Shown: positions 1 through 14,514, counted from the first letter of the stretch. The stretch is 64,000 nucleotides of DNA from Macrostomum hystrix (GCA_950097015.1 CATNEN010000015.1:1488001-1552000), one strand, 5' to 3'. Numbers and translations are program-made. Notes: a model not told the origin generated them from the letters alone.

Positions 1-32
1 CCATCTGCAGCTTGACTGTGAGGGCCACGAAG
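1..32 (-). CDS. DEG/ENaC exon start ([11 protein letters not shown]...), truncated by the window edge
   Basis: Acceptor ctctctgttcgcag|C, phase 2. Resembles the beta strand that precedes TM2 in this family. Confidence 0.65.
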
Positions 33-544
33 CTGCGAACAGAGAGTCAGGATGAAAATATCAGGTGTGTGAGCACACACTCCATTCTGAGTCAAACAAA
101 CATACTCTTGAGACCCATATATAGTAAGCATCGAATCACCACATGTGAGTGAATAAGACAAGGGATTATCAAATAGCGCTTGATGCAAATTGGCTGCCGA
201 CAAATCAAAATAAACATTGGATTTTTTTGTTATAACGAGACAAACTTTGTTAAAGTGTGCGTAAATGTTAAAAACCATTTCTGCCTGTACGTGAATTCAG
301 ATAAGCATTTGGTGAGGTGCGGTATAGGCCGAGTTATGAGTAGTATGCCATGTATATTCGCGGAGTTATTGTTTACAATATTCATTTTGGATTATTTGTT
401 GAATTGAATTACAGTTAGATTAGCATTTGGGGTTTCACTGTGCGAAACTACTGACAGTAGAACATGCGAGATTGGGCAGTCACTGCGAAATGCTTGTTAA
501 ATTTGGTGCTAATACCAAATCTTTCTGTTGGGACGATAATGTCA

Positions 545-591
<47 letters not shown>

Positions 592-596
592 CTGGG

Positions 597-676
<80 letters not shown>

Positions 677-712
677 AGTCTGTCTGTCTGCCTGTCTGTC
701 TGTCTGTCTGCC

Positions 713-745
<33 letters not shown>

Positions 746-760
746 GCCTGTCTGTCTGCC

Positions 761-805
<45 letters not shown>

Positions 806-3800
806 GCAAATTAGCTCGCACTTTAGACTTTCACCTCTTCAACAAATTTTTGCTAATAGCGTCATCCTCTTTGCTCTGAGAGTGTTTCTGCTGCTGCTGC
901 TGCTGTTGCTGTTGCTGTCTGCCCCTGCTGTCGCCGCTCGAGTGCCGCTTGTCGCTAGTTTCGGATCGCCTGCTGCCGCCGCTTACTCGTGTTCTCGAGT
1001 CGCTGCCCGGATGCTTGATTCCCGACATCGGCATCTGGCTGCTGATGGCAGCGTTCAGAAGCGATGGCAACAGAGGCGAGTGAATATTGCGCAATAAATC
1101 AGGCAGGTGCCTCTGAGACAGCTATTAACAGGGTAGCGGCTTGTTTATTGTGCTATTTCTTGGAAACGATACTCCGGGATTTTAGCATTCGCTGCGCAAG
1201 CATTGTAAGCCAAAGCGCGTTATTGGTTGCGGTGCTGAAGATTATGACACGGCGTTCTACCTGCTAGAATAGGAACTATACTGCGATTGTTTCACCTGTT
1301 TGGAGAGAGGCTAAACCTGTTGGACAGGTGATTGTTTCACCTGTTTGGAGAGAGGCTAAACCTGTTGGACAGGTGATTGTTTCACCTGTTTGGAGAGAGG
1401 CTAAACCTGTTGGACAGGTGATTGTTTCACCTGTTTGGAGAGAGGCTAAACCTGTTGGACAGGTGATTGTTTCACCTGTTTGGAGAGAGGCTAAACCTGT
1501 TGGACAGGTGATTGTTTCACCTGTTTGGAGAGAGGCTAAACCTGTTGGACAGGTGAGTGTTTCACCTGTTTGGAGAGAGGCTAAACCTGTTGAACAGGTG
1601 ATTGTTTCACCTGTTTGGAGAGAGGCTAAACCTGTTGGACAGGTGATTGTTTCACCTGTTTGGAGAGAGGCTAAACCTGTTGAACAGGTGATTGTTTCAC
1701 CTGTTTGGAGAGAGGCTAAACCTGTTGGACAGGCGATGATGTAGGCCCATTGTTACGTGCCTTGAGTGTCTATGGCCACGAGTCGCTATGACTGTCTGGC
1801 TAAACCATCAATAGCTTAGGGCCATAGACAATTGCAGAAAATGATTTATTGCTTTTACTGTCTATGGGTAAAAATGGGCGAATGCCAGTGAGAAAGGCAA
1901 TACATTGCATGAAAAAATTACACATAATTTTTTCGCATTAATCAAGTGAACGCTGCGACTCTAGTGCATTGTGCACGGTTAGGATGGCAGTTTAATCACG
2001 CTGCAATTTAAACAAATAATTTATACTGCCTTAAAATGATAATGAAATTCTGATACGCCTTCGCGCAATTTTTCAAGCCATGCATTAAGGTTTAGGGAGT
2101 TTTACTGCTTATTTTTCATTGCTACTTTCAGATTCCCTAAATCTCTAAATGAATCGCAAAATGAAGCATTTGGATGGGAGAATTGAAGAGACAGAAGAAA
2201 TGATGGGATGGGAGAAATGAAGGGATGAGAGAATTGAAGAGACAGAAGAAATGAAGGGATGGGGGAAATGAAGGGATGGGAGAATTGAAGAGACAGAGGA
2301 AATGAAGGGATGGGAGAAATGAAGGGATGGAAGAAATGAAGGGATAAGAGAAATGAAGGTAGAAATGAAGGGACGGGAGAAATGAAGGGATGGGAGAATT
2401 GAACGGATGGGAGAAATGAAGGGATGGGAGAAATGCAGGGATGGGAGAAATGAACGGATGGGAGAAATGAAGGGATGGGAGAAATGAAGGGATGGGATAA
2501 ATGAAAGGGTGGGAGAAATGAAGGAACGGGATGAATGAAGGGATGGTAGAAATGAAAGAAATAAAGGCATGTCATAAATGATAGGATGGGGAAATGATGA
2601 AAAATTGATTTTTTCAAGGAAATATTCTCGACAAGCTTCATAAGAAAAATCCAATGATTAATTTTGATTTTAGATTCTACACACTCGTTTTTATGAGCAG
2701 CTATTCAAACAAACGTTAAGGGAATTTTTAAGTTTGTTAGTTTGGTTACAGGTGAGAGTAAATGGTTTTCATGAGAAATTCGATAATGATTTTGTTGTCA
2801 ATTAATTATTTTTATCGGAACAACGTCACAACAAAAAAATAGTGAAACCTTATTTCATTAGCTGCAAGTTGGTTCCAACCGAAAGAGTTCATTAATTTAT
2901 TAATTTTTCTAAGAAAGTGACACCTCAAAACCGACTGTCTATGAAAGATATAGTTTGAGTACATTTTGAGTAAATTTTGAGCACAGTTAAACTCCGATAT
3001 TCATGAAGTGATTCTTTCGATATTTTTTTACAGTAGATTAGCGCTGATAGGAAGATTTTCTGTGGCAAATCCGGTTAAATGCATAAAGAACTCTAGAAGG
3101 TCAATCAGTGTTTCTGGTTGAGTCACTGGCTTACCTTGATTGGCTCCTGCATTTGAGCAATGGAAAGAAATCGAAAGTGAATTTGGACTATTTTTACTAA
3201 ACAATTCAAATGAATAAAAGTAATAGTAAGTAGCAGAATTAAGTGTGATAAAATAAATATTTGTCGCAATGCTCTCAGTATTCTACTGCTAGTGGCAGTT
3301 AAAGGTTGTGTCACTCTGCGTAGCAATCAAGGTGTTTGTTTTATAGCGCGCTGTTATGATTAAAAACAACGGCTTAGATTAGTGAAAATAATTGAATAAT
3401 TATGCTTTGACAATCACAGCACTATGCCAGTGGCCCGCTGCGGAGCTTAATGGTAGAAAAATTGAATTCTAATAAAAGCATCTTTTCTAGTTTTCGCAGG
3501 CTGCAAAAATGTTAAAATATGTTCGCTACAGACACTACTTGCGCTAGTGTAAAAGTAGCTATCATAGCATATTGGCACCTAAATCCTCTACGCTTAAGTA
3601 AAAACGTCAATATATTCAAAAAATTATTGAAAAAAGTAGTTTATAGCTGTAATTAAAAATATTTCTAATTTAAAGCATGCCAAACTATTTCGCAAATCAT
3701 GCAGCTAAATGTTCAAAACAAGGACCACTAGAAGAAGATGGACGGGACACTTCGTTCCGAAAAAAATTTCCGAAATTCGGAAAATTTATTAAAGACTGAT

Positions 3801-6800
3801 TTTTACGAAAAAAATGCAATATCGAGATAGGAACTCTTCACTTTTTTCACATCAAACTATTAATGTGAAATGTAAATGAAATTTCACATTTTTCACATTT
3901 TTTCACATTTCGCATTTTCACATTTTCACATATAACATTTTTTCAAATTTTTTTCAAGCGAAAAGAAAATGAAGATTAATTTTTCTTGAATGAAACCTTT
4001 TAAAATTCGGTGAAGCAAGATGTTTTGCAAGTTATAATAACAGAACAGCATTGGATTTGCTTCCAAGTTATCGACATTTTAATGTGAAAAACGCGAAGAG
4101 TTCCTATCTTGCTAGAGCATTGTTTCGTGAAAATCAGCCGTAAAAATTTTACATGAAACGAAGTGCCCCGTCATTCTTCTTCTAGAGGTTCTTGGTTCAA
4201 AGGCTAGTGAAATCAATTCGCAGTCTCCTGTGGAACAGGCAAAACTTAACCGACACTTGCGACAGAATCTTAGGATTATTTCAGATTTCAAAATCTGCTC
4301 CGAGCCCATGCTCGGCACCGCCTCCGCTATGTCCGGTTGAGTCTGCTCATCAGTGCTTTGCTTGATTTGAGCTGACAAGCTGAGCGCCTCCGACTCCACC
4401 CTTCGTCTCCCAGCCTCCCCACCCCATCAAGCATGATCCCTTGTTAATTAGGTCCTCGCATCGCCTTGAGCCGGTGTGCGCCCTGTTGATGAAGCCGGAG
4501 CCCAATTAATCTCCTTGGCAGCTGAGAAGCTCAGCCAACTTCTCCGGGGGGGGCAAAGAAGTAGTGGAGGGCGATGCGGCCACCTGTGCGGTGGGATCAT
4601 TTGAGCTGCCCGCGCCAAGCTTAACTGAGTGGATCAGAGACAAGCTAAAGTTTTATGACACGGGCCCTCTATTCTCAAACCCTAATCCCAGGGATAATAC
4701 CGGTCTTCAATCAATCGTAAAACACCGACAGGATTCGAGTCGGCGTCACTATCGCCGTCTCTCAGACTGTCAAAAAAAATTTGCGTGAGAAAATAAACTC
4801 GCATCTTCTGACTATTGAGACCTCAAGACTGAGTCACCTGATATTCAGGCCAAGATGAGAGCTTGCGCTTGTTAATGGACAATTCCAGTGGCTTTGAATG
4901 CATTTTATAGCCCACCTGATCTGGTTTTACTGCTTTCTATAAAGAGTTTATTTAAACTAGCAGCCATGTCCATGAAGTTAAAAATAGGCCTAATCATCTG
5001 GCACATCGGTTTGCGAAATCAGAAATTATTTAGGACAGTGGCCCAGCCTCTTAATTGATGAGCCGCGCCAGAACTGGACTATTGCCTTGAGCTCGGGGAC
5101 ACACGAGTGCGGAACTCTTGAGATCAGCCAGCTTCCTGATGCCATTGCTGATTCGGCTGCTCATCAGCGACCGCGCAACGCTCCCCCTTCTGCTCCAATA
5201 TCCGGACCTCGGCTTCGACTACAGGACTCGGTTTTTTGTTTGAGCCCGGACCTCTCATTCCCGTCGACAACATCGTCAGTCACTAACCATACTCGTAATT
5301 ATCATGATACCTGACCAGAAAGCCCCGCTTTAATTAGGAGACTCGCACCGGTGGAGGCGGCCCAGCATTGGTCTACTGTCATTTCAGAAATCTCTTTGAC
5401 GCTTCTTCTCACATTTTATTCTTAAATTCGTCGCTGTTGTCGCGAGGAGCACGAGGGGACACACGAGTATCGGTCAGTTTTACTCACTTTGGCGACGCTG
5501 TCTGCTTGATCTTTGACTTCGAGGAGGGATAGGCCTGGCGAATGACCTCGTTGTGCGTGTAGATGTCGGAGAAGATGCGGATGAACTCCTGTGAGACGCT
5601 CCTCAGGTTGGACAGCAGGACTTTGATGGTGCTGTCCTCCTGTTCCAGGGATCTGAGCTCAGCAGTGCCGCCCGTCTCGACGTTGCTGCACTTGTTCTGC
5701 TTGAACCGGTCGTAAGCGATCTCGAACGCCGTCAGATCCTGGTAGAATCTGGTCAGGTCGAACAGGTCAAACTCGGCTTTGATGTTTTCCGGGCTGTACT
5801 TGTAGAACAGGTTGACTACTCGGAACAGGAAGTCGTCATTCGGATACTGAAAGTTGGTCTCGAAAAACAGCGAGCCACTGAATTCTCGCACCTCCTGGGC
5901 CTTTTTGCGCATATTGCTCAGGGCCTGACTGACGTCGATGACAATCTGGGCGCATTGCTCGCTGTAGTGCTGGTTCTGCACGTACCTGCGGTGCCAGGTC
6001 AGGGCCAACTTGCGCAGGCCGTGGAGGGTCTCGACGAATTTCGAGTTGAACCTGGACAGCATGCCGGAGAGCCGGCTCAGGGTGGCGAACGCCGTGCGGT
6101 TCGTCTCACGCAGAAACGCCCACTGCTGCACGAGGTTGGCGTCCTCCACCATGTCGGTGTTGCGAGCCAGCGAGTCTCGCTCCTTGATCGTTTGCAGGCG
6201 CGAGAGCAGCGATGAGCGCGGAGTCTGCACCACAGACTGAATGCGGTAGTCGGATTCGATGCACGGCTTGCCGCAGCTGCACTTGCTCAGCCAGTTGATG
6301 CCTGGGGTGGTTGGGGCCAGCTCCGCTTTCATCCAACAATCAACAAGCGACTCACGACTGAGAGAAATTACTCACCCGGATTCTCGGTGATGTCGATGCC
6401 GCATCTGGCCAGATCGTTGAGAGTGCAGTAGGGCATGTCTGCGATTTGAGCAATGTGATGAGCTGTGTGATGCTTAGGCCACTGTTATTGTGAAACATAA
6501 TTCCTAAAGCCTACCAACTAACCAGCTAACCAAAACGACAAACCAACCAACCAACCAACCAACCAACCAACCAACCAACCAACCAACCAACCAACCAACC
6601 AACCAACCAACTGATCAACCAACCAACTGGTCAACCAACAAGCCAACCAACCAACCAATCAACTGATCAACCAACCAACCAACTGATCAAAGAACCAACC
6701 AACCATTAAAATACCTGGCCAACCAATCGTTAGCAACGCGTGAATTGGAAGAGCAATAATAAAGCATAATATGATTTCTTCCGCAAGACGCCATTTTTGC

Positions 6801-9800
6801 TATTAGAATTGAATTTGATTTGCCTTGTACTGTAGCTTGTTACAACTGGCAACAGAAAGTTCTGTGCTCACCGCATTCAAATCTATGAAGTGTATTGCGG
6901 AACAAATGCCAGATAGAGACAGCAAGTTGTCAGGCCCCATTTAGTATCCACTTTTCTATTTGCCAACCTGTCCTCACTGAGTCCATATGCTTCGTCGCTG
7001 GCCCCGCTAGGGTTCGAGTCAATGGCCGACTGTTTTAGTTACTATTTGGATATTTCGCTTAGATTTCTCGGCAATGCCCCCTGGCTGTGAGAGTCACTCT
7101 CGCCCAAATCTAACTGGACCCTTTCCGGTCAGGGGGATTTCAGCTCGGCAAACAACGGAGCAGAGTGGAGCAGGGGGAGGGGGAGCTGCCTGAGCTGCTT
7201 TCGCCATTATCAGGAATGGGCGGGATGAGCTGGTGACTGGGGCGGGATTGGGAGCAATCGGCGACTGGCCATTAAATTAATGAGATGCCGGCCGGCCACT
7301 GCCTCCCCACCGGCCAGCGCCCGCTCCCTGCTGCCGGCCAGCTCCGGGAGCGAACTCGGCACCACCTGCTGTTTGAGCCAGTGCGGTAGCAGGCCAGCCA
7401 ACTGGAACCTGCTTGAGTATGGCATCTGGTAATAAGATAGATTTATAGATGAGACTAGAGGATGAGATGAGACTAGAGGATGAGATGATGAGACTAGAGG
7501 ATAAGATGAGACTAGAGGATGAGATGAGACTAGAGGATGAAATAGAAATAGAGGATGAGATTAGACTAGAGGATGAGATGATGACACTAGAGGATAAGAT
7601 GAGACTGGAGGATGAGATGAGACTGGAGGATGAGATGAGACTAGAGGATAAGATGAGACTAGAGGATGAGATGAGACTAGAGGATGAAATAGAAATAGAG
7701 GATGAGATTAGACTAGAGGATGAGATGATGACACTAGAGGATAAGATGAGACTGGAGGATGAGATGAGACTGGAGGATGAGATGAGACTAGAGGATGAGA
7801 TGAGACTGGAGGATGAGATGAGACTAGAGGATGAGATGAGACTAGAGGATGAGATGAGACTAGAGGATGAGATGAGACTAGAGGATGAGATGAGACTAGA
7901 GGATGAAATAGAAATAGAGGATGAGATTAGACTAGAGGATGAGATGATGAGACTAGAGGATAAGATTAGACTGGAGGATGAGATGAGACTAGAGGATGAA
8001 ATAGAAATAGAGGATGAGATTAGACTAGAGGATGAGATGAGACTAGAGGATGAAATAGAAATAGAGGATGAGATGAGACTAGAGGATGAAATAGAAATAG
8101 AGGATGAAATAGAAATAGAGGATGAGATGAGACTAGAGGATGAAATAGAAATAGAGGATGAGATTAGACTAGAGGATGAGATGATGACACTAGAGGATAA
8201 GATGAGACTGGAGGATGAGATGAGACTGGAGGATGAGATGAGACTAGAGGATAAGATGAGACTGGAGGATGAGATGAGACTGGAGGATGAGATGAGACTA
8301 GAGGATAAGATGAGACTAGAGGATGAGATGAGACTAGAGGATGAAATAGAAATAGAGGATGAGATTAGACTAGAGGATGAGATGATGACACTAGAGGATA
8401 AGATGAGACTAGAGGATGAGATGAGACTAAAGGATGAGATGAGACTAGAGGATGAGATGAGACTAGAGGATGAAATAGAAATAGAGGATAAGATGAGACT
8501 AGAGGATGAGATGAGACTAGAGGAGACTGGAGAATGAGATGAGACTAGAGGAGACTGGAGAATGAGATGAGACCGCATAGATGAAACTGGGCTAACATCA
8601 AAAGTGATATTTTACAAAAAAAAACAAAAAATGTCGGAACGAAGTCACAAACGGAGCTGGCAAGTCGAGCGCAACACATCTCGCAGAAGTTTTTCTGAAC
8701 CACTGACGAACGTCAACGAATTGTCAGTGAGTGGAAATCAGCGAAATCTTTCACCAACCAATTAGGCGGGCAAGCACCGAGGCGGCCTGGAGGGAGGGGA
8801 CCTAGTCGACTCCCATGAGACGCTGTCCGAATGCCGGCGGAGGGCCGGATTAGGATCAGCATGTGCTGGCAGAGGTGCCAGGATGGGGCTTCACCCAGTC
8901 CCGATGAACTCGGATGCCATGGCAGCCCGAGAATTTCGCCTGCCCTTACTTGCATGGAGAAACACCGAACTTCTAGAAGCAGACTAACCCGCTGCCCCCA
9001 CCCCCCCAGGTGACGAAGCCTTACACAGGTCAGAGGGTGGGCTTTGAGAGGTTGATGGCGGCACAGCTGCCGACCCTCCGGTGGAAGTGGTGATTGTGAA
9101 TGAAGTGGGGATCGTAATTGCGTCTTTGCGGGGAGTTTGGGTTGAAAGTTTGAAAGCTGGAGAGAGATTAGAGACAGGTGAGGAGAGAGATGAGAGACAT
9201 TCTGAGGAGAGAGATTAGAGACATTCTGAGGAGAGAGATTAGAGACAGGTGAGGAGAGAGATGAGAGACATTCTGAGGAGAGAGATTAGAGACATTCTGA
9301 GGAGAAAGATGAGAGACATTCTGAGGAGAGAGATTAGAGACAGGTGAGGAGAGAGATGAGAGACATTCCGAGGAGAGAGATTAGAGACAGGTGAGGAGAG
9401 AGATGAGAGACATTCCGAGGAGAGAGATTAGAGACAGGTGAGGAGAGAGATGAGAGACATTCTGAGGAGAGAGATTAGAGACAGGTGAGCAGAGAGATTA
9501 GAGTCAGGTGAGGAGAGAGATTAGAGTCAGGTGAGGAGAGAGATTGGAGTCAGGTGAGGAGAGAGAGATTAGAGTCAGGTGAGGAGAGAGATTAGAGTCA
9601 GGTGAGTACAGATTACAGACAGATGAACAGATTCGGGCACATATAACTCGTACATAGCCAAATGAAAGCATTTCTATTGCTGTGAGACAAAGTCGGGCTG
9701 TCAAAGGGGGAGTGCCAGTCCAGTGCCGAGTTCGGACAGTCCCCTGTTCGCATTATACAGTCAGCCGGCAGCGCATAAAAATCAATGCCTTGAGCTGGCC

Positions 9801-12800
9801 GAGATTCTCACAGCCCGCAGCTGCTGACTGAGTGCTCGGAGAGGCCTGAGCCGAGTGGAAGCAGCTCAGCGTGTGACTGGGGGGGGAGAGTGCAAGTGAG
9901 GCTGTGTTGCTGGGGGTAAGTGTTTGCGGGCCCAGCTCCGTGAGAAAGAGTTCTTAGGCGGACTCAACTCTCGGCTGCGGGGAGCAATTCTAAGAATTTG
10001 CCTCGGCTTCGGGAGGGGCACACGGCGGTACCCATCAACTAGATAGTTTCTAGTCCGGGCCGCTCTGTTGGAGTGTGTGCTCAGAGGGGACTGTGGCCTC
10101 TTGTTGCCAGGCAAACAGCAGCTTCATCGCCTCATTTGCTCACCAGTGATGGCGCACTTGCACTTGCTCAGCATGGCGCTGGCAAAGCACTTGTCAACGC
10201 ACAGCTTCCAGTCCTGACGGCTGAGGCACGGCGATGGATTCACCTGCGAGGGCCGAAGGTGTTTGAGCTCATTGTTAACTGATTTTCGCGGATAATAATG
10301 TGCGAGTACAGCTGGGATAAACACGAGACACGAGAGAGTGGGGAAACGAGAGAGTGGGAGAATGAGAGAGTGGGAGAACAGTAGAGTGGGAGAATGAGAG
10401 AGTGGGAGAACAGTAGAGTGGGATAATGAGAGAGTGGGAGAATGAGAGAGTGGGAGAAACGAGAGAGTGGGAGAATGAGAGAGTATGAGAATGAGAGAGT
10501 GGGAGAACAGTAGAGTGAGAGAATTAGAGTGTGGGAGAACAGTAGAGTGAGAGAATGAGAGAGTGGGAGAACAGTAGAGTGGGAGAATTAGAGTGTGGGA
10601 GAACAGTAGAGTGGGAGAATGAGAGTGTGGGAGAACAGTAGAGTGGGAGAATTAGAGTGTGGGAGAACAGTAGAGTGGGAGAACAGTAGAGTGGGAGAAC
10701 AGTAGGGTGGGAGAACAGTAGGGTGGGAGAACAGTAGGGTGGGAGAACAGTAGGGTGGGAGAACAGTAGGGTGGGAGAACAGTAGGGTGGGAGAATTAGA
10801 GTGTGGGAGAACAGTAGAGTGGGAGAATGAGAGTGTGGGAGAACAGTAGAGTGGGAGAATGAGAGTGTGGGAGAACAGTAGAGTGGGAGAACAGTAGAGT
10901 GGGAGAATGAGAGTGTGGGAGAACAGTAGAGTGGGAGAACAGTAGAGTGGGAGAACAGTAGAGTGGGCGAATGAAAGTGTGGGAGAACAGTAGAGTGGGA
11001 GAACAGTAGAGTGGGAGAACAGTAGAGTGGGAGAACAGTAGTGTGGGAGAACAGTAGAGTGGGAGAACAGTAGTGTGGGAGAACAGTAGAGTGGGAGAAC
11101 AGTAGTGTGGGAGAACAGTAGAGTGGGAGAACAGTAGAGTGGGAGAATGAGAGTGTGGGAGAACAGTAGAGTGGGAGAACAGTAGAGTGGGAGAACAGTA
11201 GAGTGGGCGAATGAAAGTGTGGGAGAACAGTAGAGTGGGAGAACAGTAGAGTGGGAGAACAGTAGAGTGGGAGAACAGTAGAGTGGGAGAATGAGAGAGT
11301 GGGAGAATGAGAGAGTGGGAGAAACGAGAGAGTGGGAGAATGAGAGAGTATGAGAATGAGAGAGTGGGAGAACAGTAGAGTGAGAGAATTAGAGTGTGGG
11401 AGAACAGTAGAGTGAGAGAATGAGAGAGTGGGAGAACAGTAGAGTGGGAGAATGAGAGTGTGGGAGAACAGTAGAGTGGGAGAATTAGAGTGTGGGAGAA
11501 CAGTAGAGTGGGAGAACAGTAGAGTGGGAGAATTAGAGTGTGGGAGAACAGTAGAGTGAGAGAATGAGAGTGTGGGAGAACAGTAGAGTGGGAGAATTAG
11601 AGTGTGGGAGAACAGTAGAGTGGGAGAACAGTAGAGTGGGAGAATTAGAGTGTGGGAGAACAGTAGAGTGGGAGAATTAGAGTGTGGGAGAACAGTAGGG
11701 TGGGAGAACAGTAGAGTGGGAGAACAGTAGGGTGGGAGAACAGTAGGGTGGGAGAACAGTAGGGTGGGAGAACAGTAGGGTGGGAGAACAGTAGGGTGGG
11801 AGAACAGTAGAGTGGGAGAATGAGAGTGTGGGAGAACAGTAGGGTGGGAGAATGAGAGTGTGGGAGAACAGTAGAGTGGGAGAATGAGAGTGTGGGAGAA
11901 CAGTAGAGTGGGAGAATGAGAGTGTGGGAGAACAGTAGAGTGGGAGAATGAGAGTGTGGGAGAACAGTAGAGTGGGAGAACAGTAGAGTGGGAGAACAGT
12001 AGAGTGGGCGAATGAAAGTGTGGGAGAACAGTAGAGTGGGAGAACAGTAGAGTGGGAGAATGAGAGTGTGGGAGAACAGTAGAGTGGGAGAACAGTAGAG
12101 TGGGAGAACAGTAGAGTGGGAGAACAGTAGAGTGGGAGAACAGTAGAGTGGGAGAACAGTAGAGTGGGAGAACAGTAGTGTGGGAGAACAGTAGAGTGGG
12201 AGAACAGTAGAGTGGGAGAACAGTAGAGTGGGAGAACAGTAGAGTGGGAGAACAGTAGAGTGGGAGAACAGTAGAGTGGGAGAATGAGAGTGTGGGAGAA
12301 CAGTAGAGTGGGAGAATGAGAGTGTGGGAGAACAGTAGAGTGGGAGAACAGTAGAGTGGGAGAACAGTAGAGTGGGAGAACAGTAGAGTGGGCGAATGAA
12401 AGTGTGGGAGAACAGTAGAGTGGGAGAACAGTAGAGTGGGAGAACAGTAGAGTGGGAGAACAGTAGAGTGGGAGAACAGTAGAGTGGGAGAACAGTAGAG
12501 TGGGAGAACAGTAGAGTGGGAGAACAGTAGAGTGGGAGAATGAGAGAGTGGGAGAACAGTAGAGTGGGAGAACAGTAGAGTGGGAGAATGAGAGTGTGGG
12601 AGAACAGTAGAGTGGGAGAACAGTAGAGTGGGAGAACAGTAGAGTGGGAGAATGAGAGTGTGGGAGAACAGTAGAGTGGGAGAACAGTAGAGTGGGAGAA
12701 CAGTAGAGTGGGAGAATGAGAGTGTGGGAGAACAGTAGAGTGGGAGAATGAGAGTGTGGGAGAACAGTAGAGTGGGAGAACAGTAGAGTGGGAGAACAGT

Positions 12801-14115
12801 AGAGTGGGAGAACAGTAGAGTGGGAGAATGAGAGTGTGGGTGAACAGTAGAGTGGGAGAACAGTAGAGTGGGAGAACAGTAGAGTGGGAGAATGAGAGTG
12901 TGGGAGAACAGTAGAGTGGGAGAATGAGAGTGTGGGAGAACAGTAGAGTGGGAGAACAGTAGAGTGGGAGAACAGTAGAGTGGGATAATGAGAGAGTGGG
13001 AGAATGAGAGAGTGGGAGAAACGAGAGAGTGGGAGAATGAGAGAGTATGAGAATGAGAGAGTGGGAGAACAGTAGAGTGAGAGAATTAGAGTGTGGGAGA
13101 ACAGTAGAGTGAGAGAATGAGAGAGTGGGAGAACAGTAGAGTGGGAGAATTAGAGTGTGGGAGAACAGTAGAGTGGGAGAATGAGAGTGTGGGAGAACAG
13201 TAGAGTGGGAGAATTAGAGTGTGGGAGAACAGTAGAGTGGGAGAACAGTAGAGTGGGAGAACAGTAGGGTGGGAGAACAGTAGGGTGGGAGAACAGTAGG
13301 GTGGGAGAACAGTAGGGTGGGAGAACAGTAGGGTGGGAGAACAGTAGGGTGGGAGAATTAGAGTGTGGGAGAACAGTAGAGTGGGAGAATGAGAGTGTGG
13401 GAGAACAGTAGAGTGGGAGAATGAGAGTGTGGGAGAACAGTAGAGTGGGAGAACAGTAGAGTGGGAGAACAGTAGAGTGGGAGAACAGTAGAGTGGGAGA
13501 ACAGTAGAGTGGGAGAACAGTAGAGTGGGAGAATGAGAGAGTGGGAGAACAGTAGAGTGGGAGAACAGTAGAGTGGGAGAATGAGAGTGTGGGAGAACAG
13601 TAGAGTGGGAGAACAGTAGAGTGGGAGAACAGTAGAGTGGGAGAACAGTAGAGTGGGAGAACAGTAGAGTGGGAGAACAGTAGAGTGGGAGAACAGTAGA
13701 GTGGGAGAAGGAGAGAGTGGGGTGAACCTGAGGTTGAATATAAAATGTTGCTATTCAAAAAAGTTCAGATTTATTTACCTAGGAAAAGTTAATCAGGCAC
13801 ACAAAATGAACAAGCAACTAGGCGGGTCACGCTAAAATCAGTAAAGTTACAATTTGTGTGTGTCATCGGTTTTTATTTTTGTTTCTTTATCAAAGGCAAC
13901 ACAAAACTCAAATGTTAGCATTGTGACAGGTGGGCTGGCTGGCTATTGTTCAGTCACTACAGCAGCGGTTCCTGACCCAGCAACTGCTTTGTTCTAACCA
14001 ATTTTGGAACTCCGAAAATTCAAAATAGAGAGATTTGTTTGATCGCTGCGTATGAAAGTGAAACTAGAGTTCTGTTTTAAGTAAGTAAGTGAGTAAGTAA
14101 GTAAGTAAGTGAGTG

Positions 14116-14154
<39 letters not shown>

Positions 14155-14179
14155 GAGTGAGTAAGTAAGTAAGTAAGTT

Positions 14180-14238
<59 letters not shown>

Positions 14239-14247
14239 GAGTGAGTG

Positions 14248-14282
<35 letters not shown>

Positions 14283-14327
14283 GAGTGAGTGAGTAAGTAA
14301 GTAAGTAAGTAAGTAAGTGAGTGAGTG

Positions 14328-14359
<32 letters not shown>

Positions 14360-14375
14360 GGTAATTAAGTAAGTG

Positions 14376-14410
<35 letters not shown>

Positions 14411-14427
14411 GGGTAATTAAGTAAGTG

Positions 14428-14467
<40 letters not shown>

Positions 14468-14483
14468 GGTAATTAAGTAAGTG

Positions 14484-14514
<31 letters not shown>

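Noticed and set aside
882-1097. Signal-peptide-like [22 protein letters not shown] on +
   Set aside because: It is the antisense reading of the (CAG)n poly-Gln tract in the channel exon.
4112-4399. 95-aa minus-strand ORF as a channel exon or TE ORF
   Set aside because: No usable acceptor or donor in phase, and no recognisable motif.
5095-5468. 14-bp direct repeat GGGGACACACGAGT at 5095 and 5455 as a TSD
   Set aside because: The enclosed 346 bp has no tail, Pol III boxes, TIRs or second copy, so an insertion cannot be supported.
7277-8578. Long ORFs (MRLEDE)n and (SSSLI)n
   Set aside because: They coincide exactly with an 18-bp intronic minisatellite whose unit lacks stops, and no splice or start context supports them.
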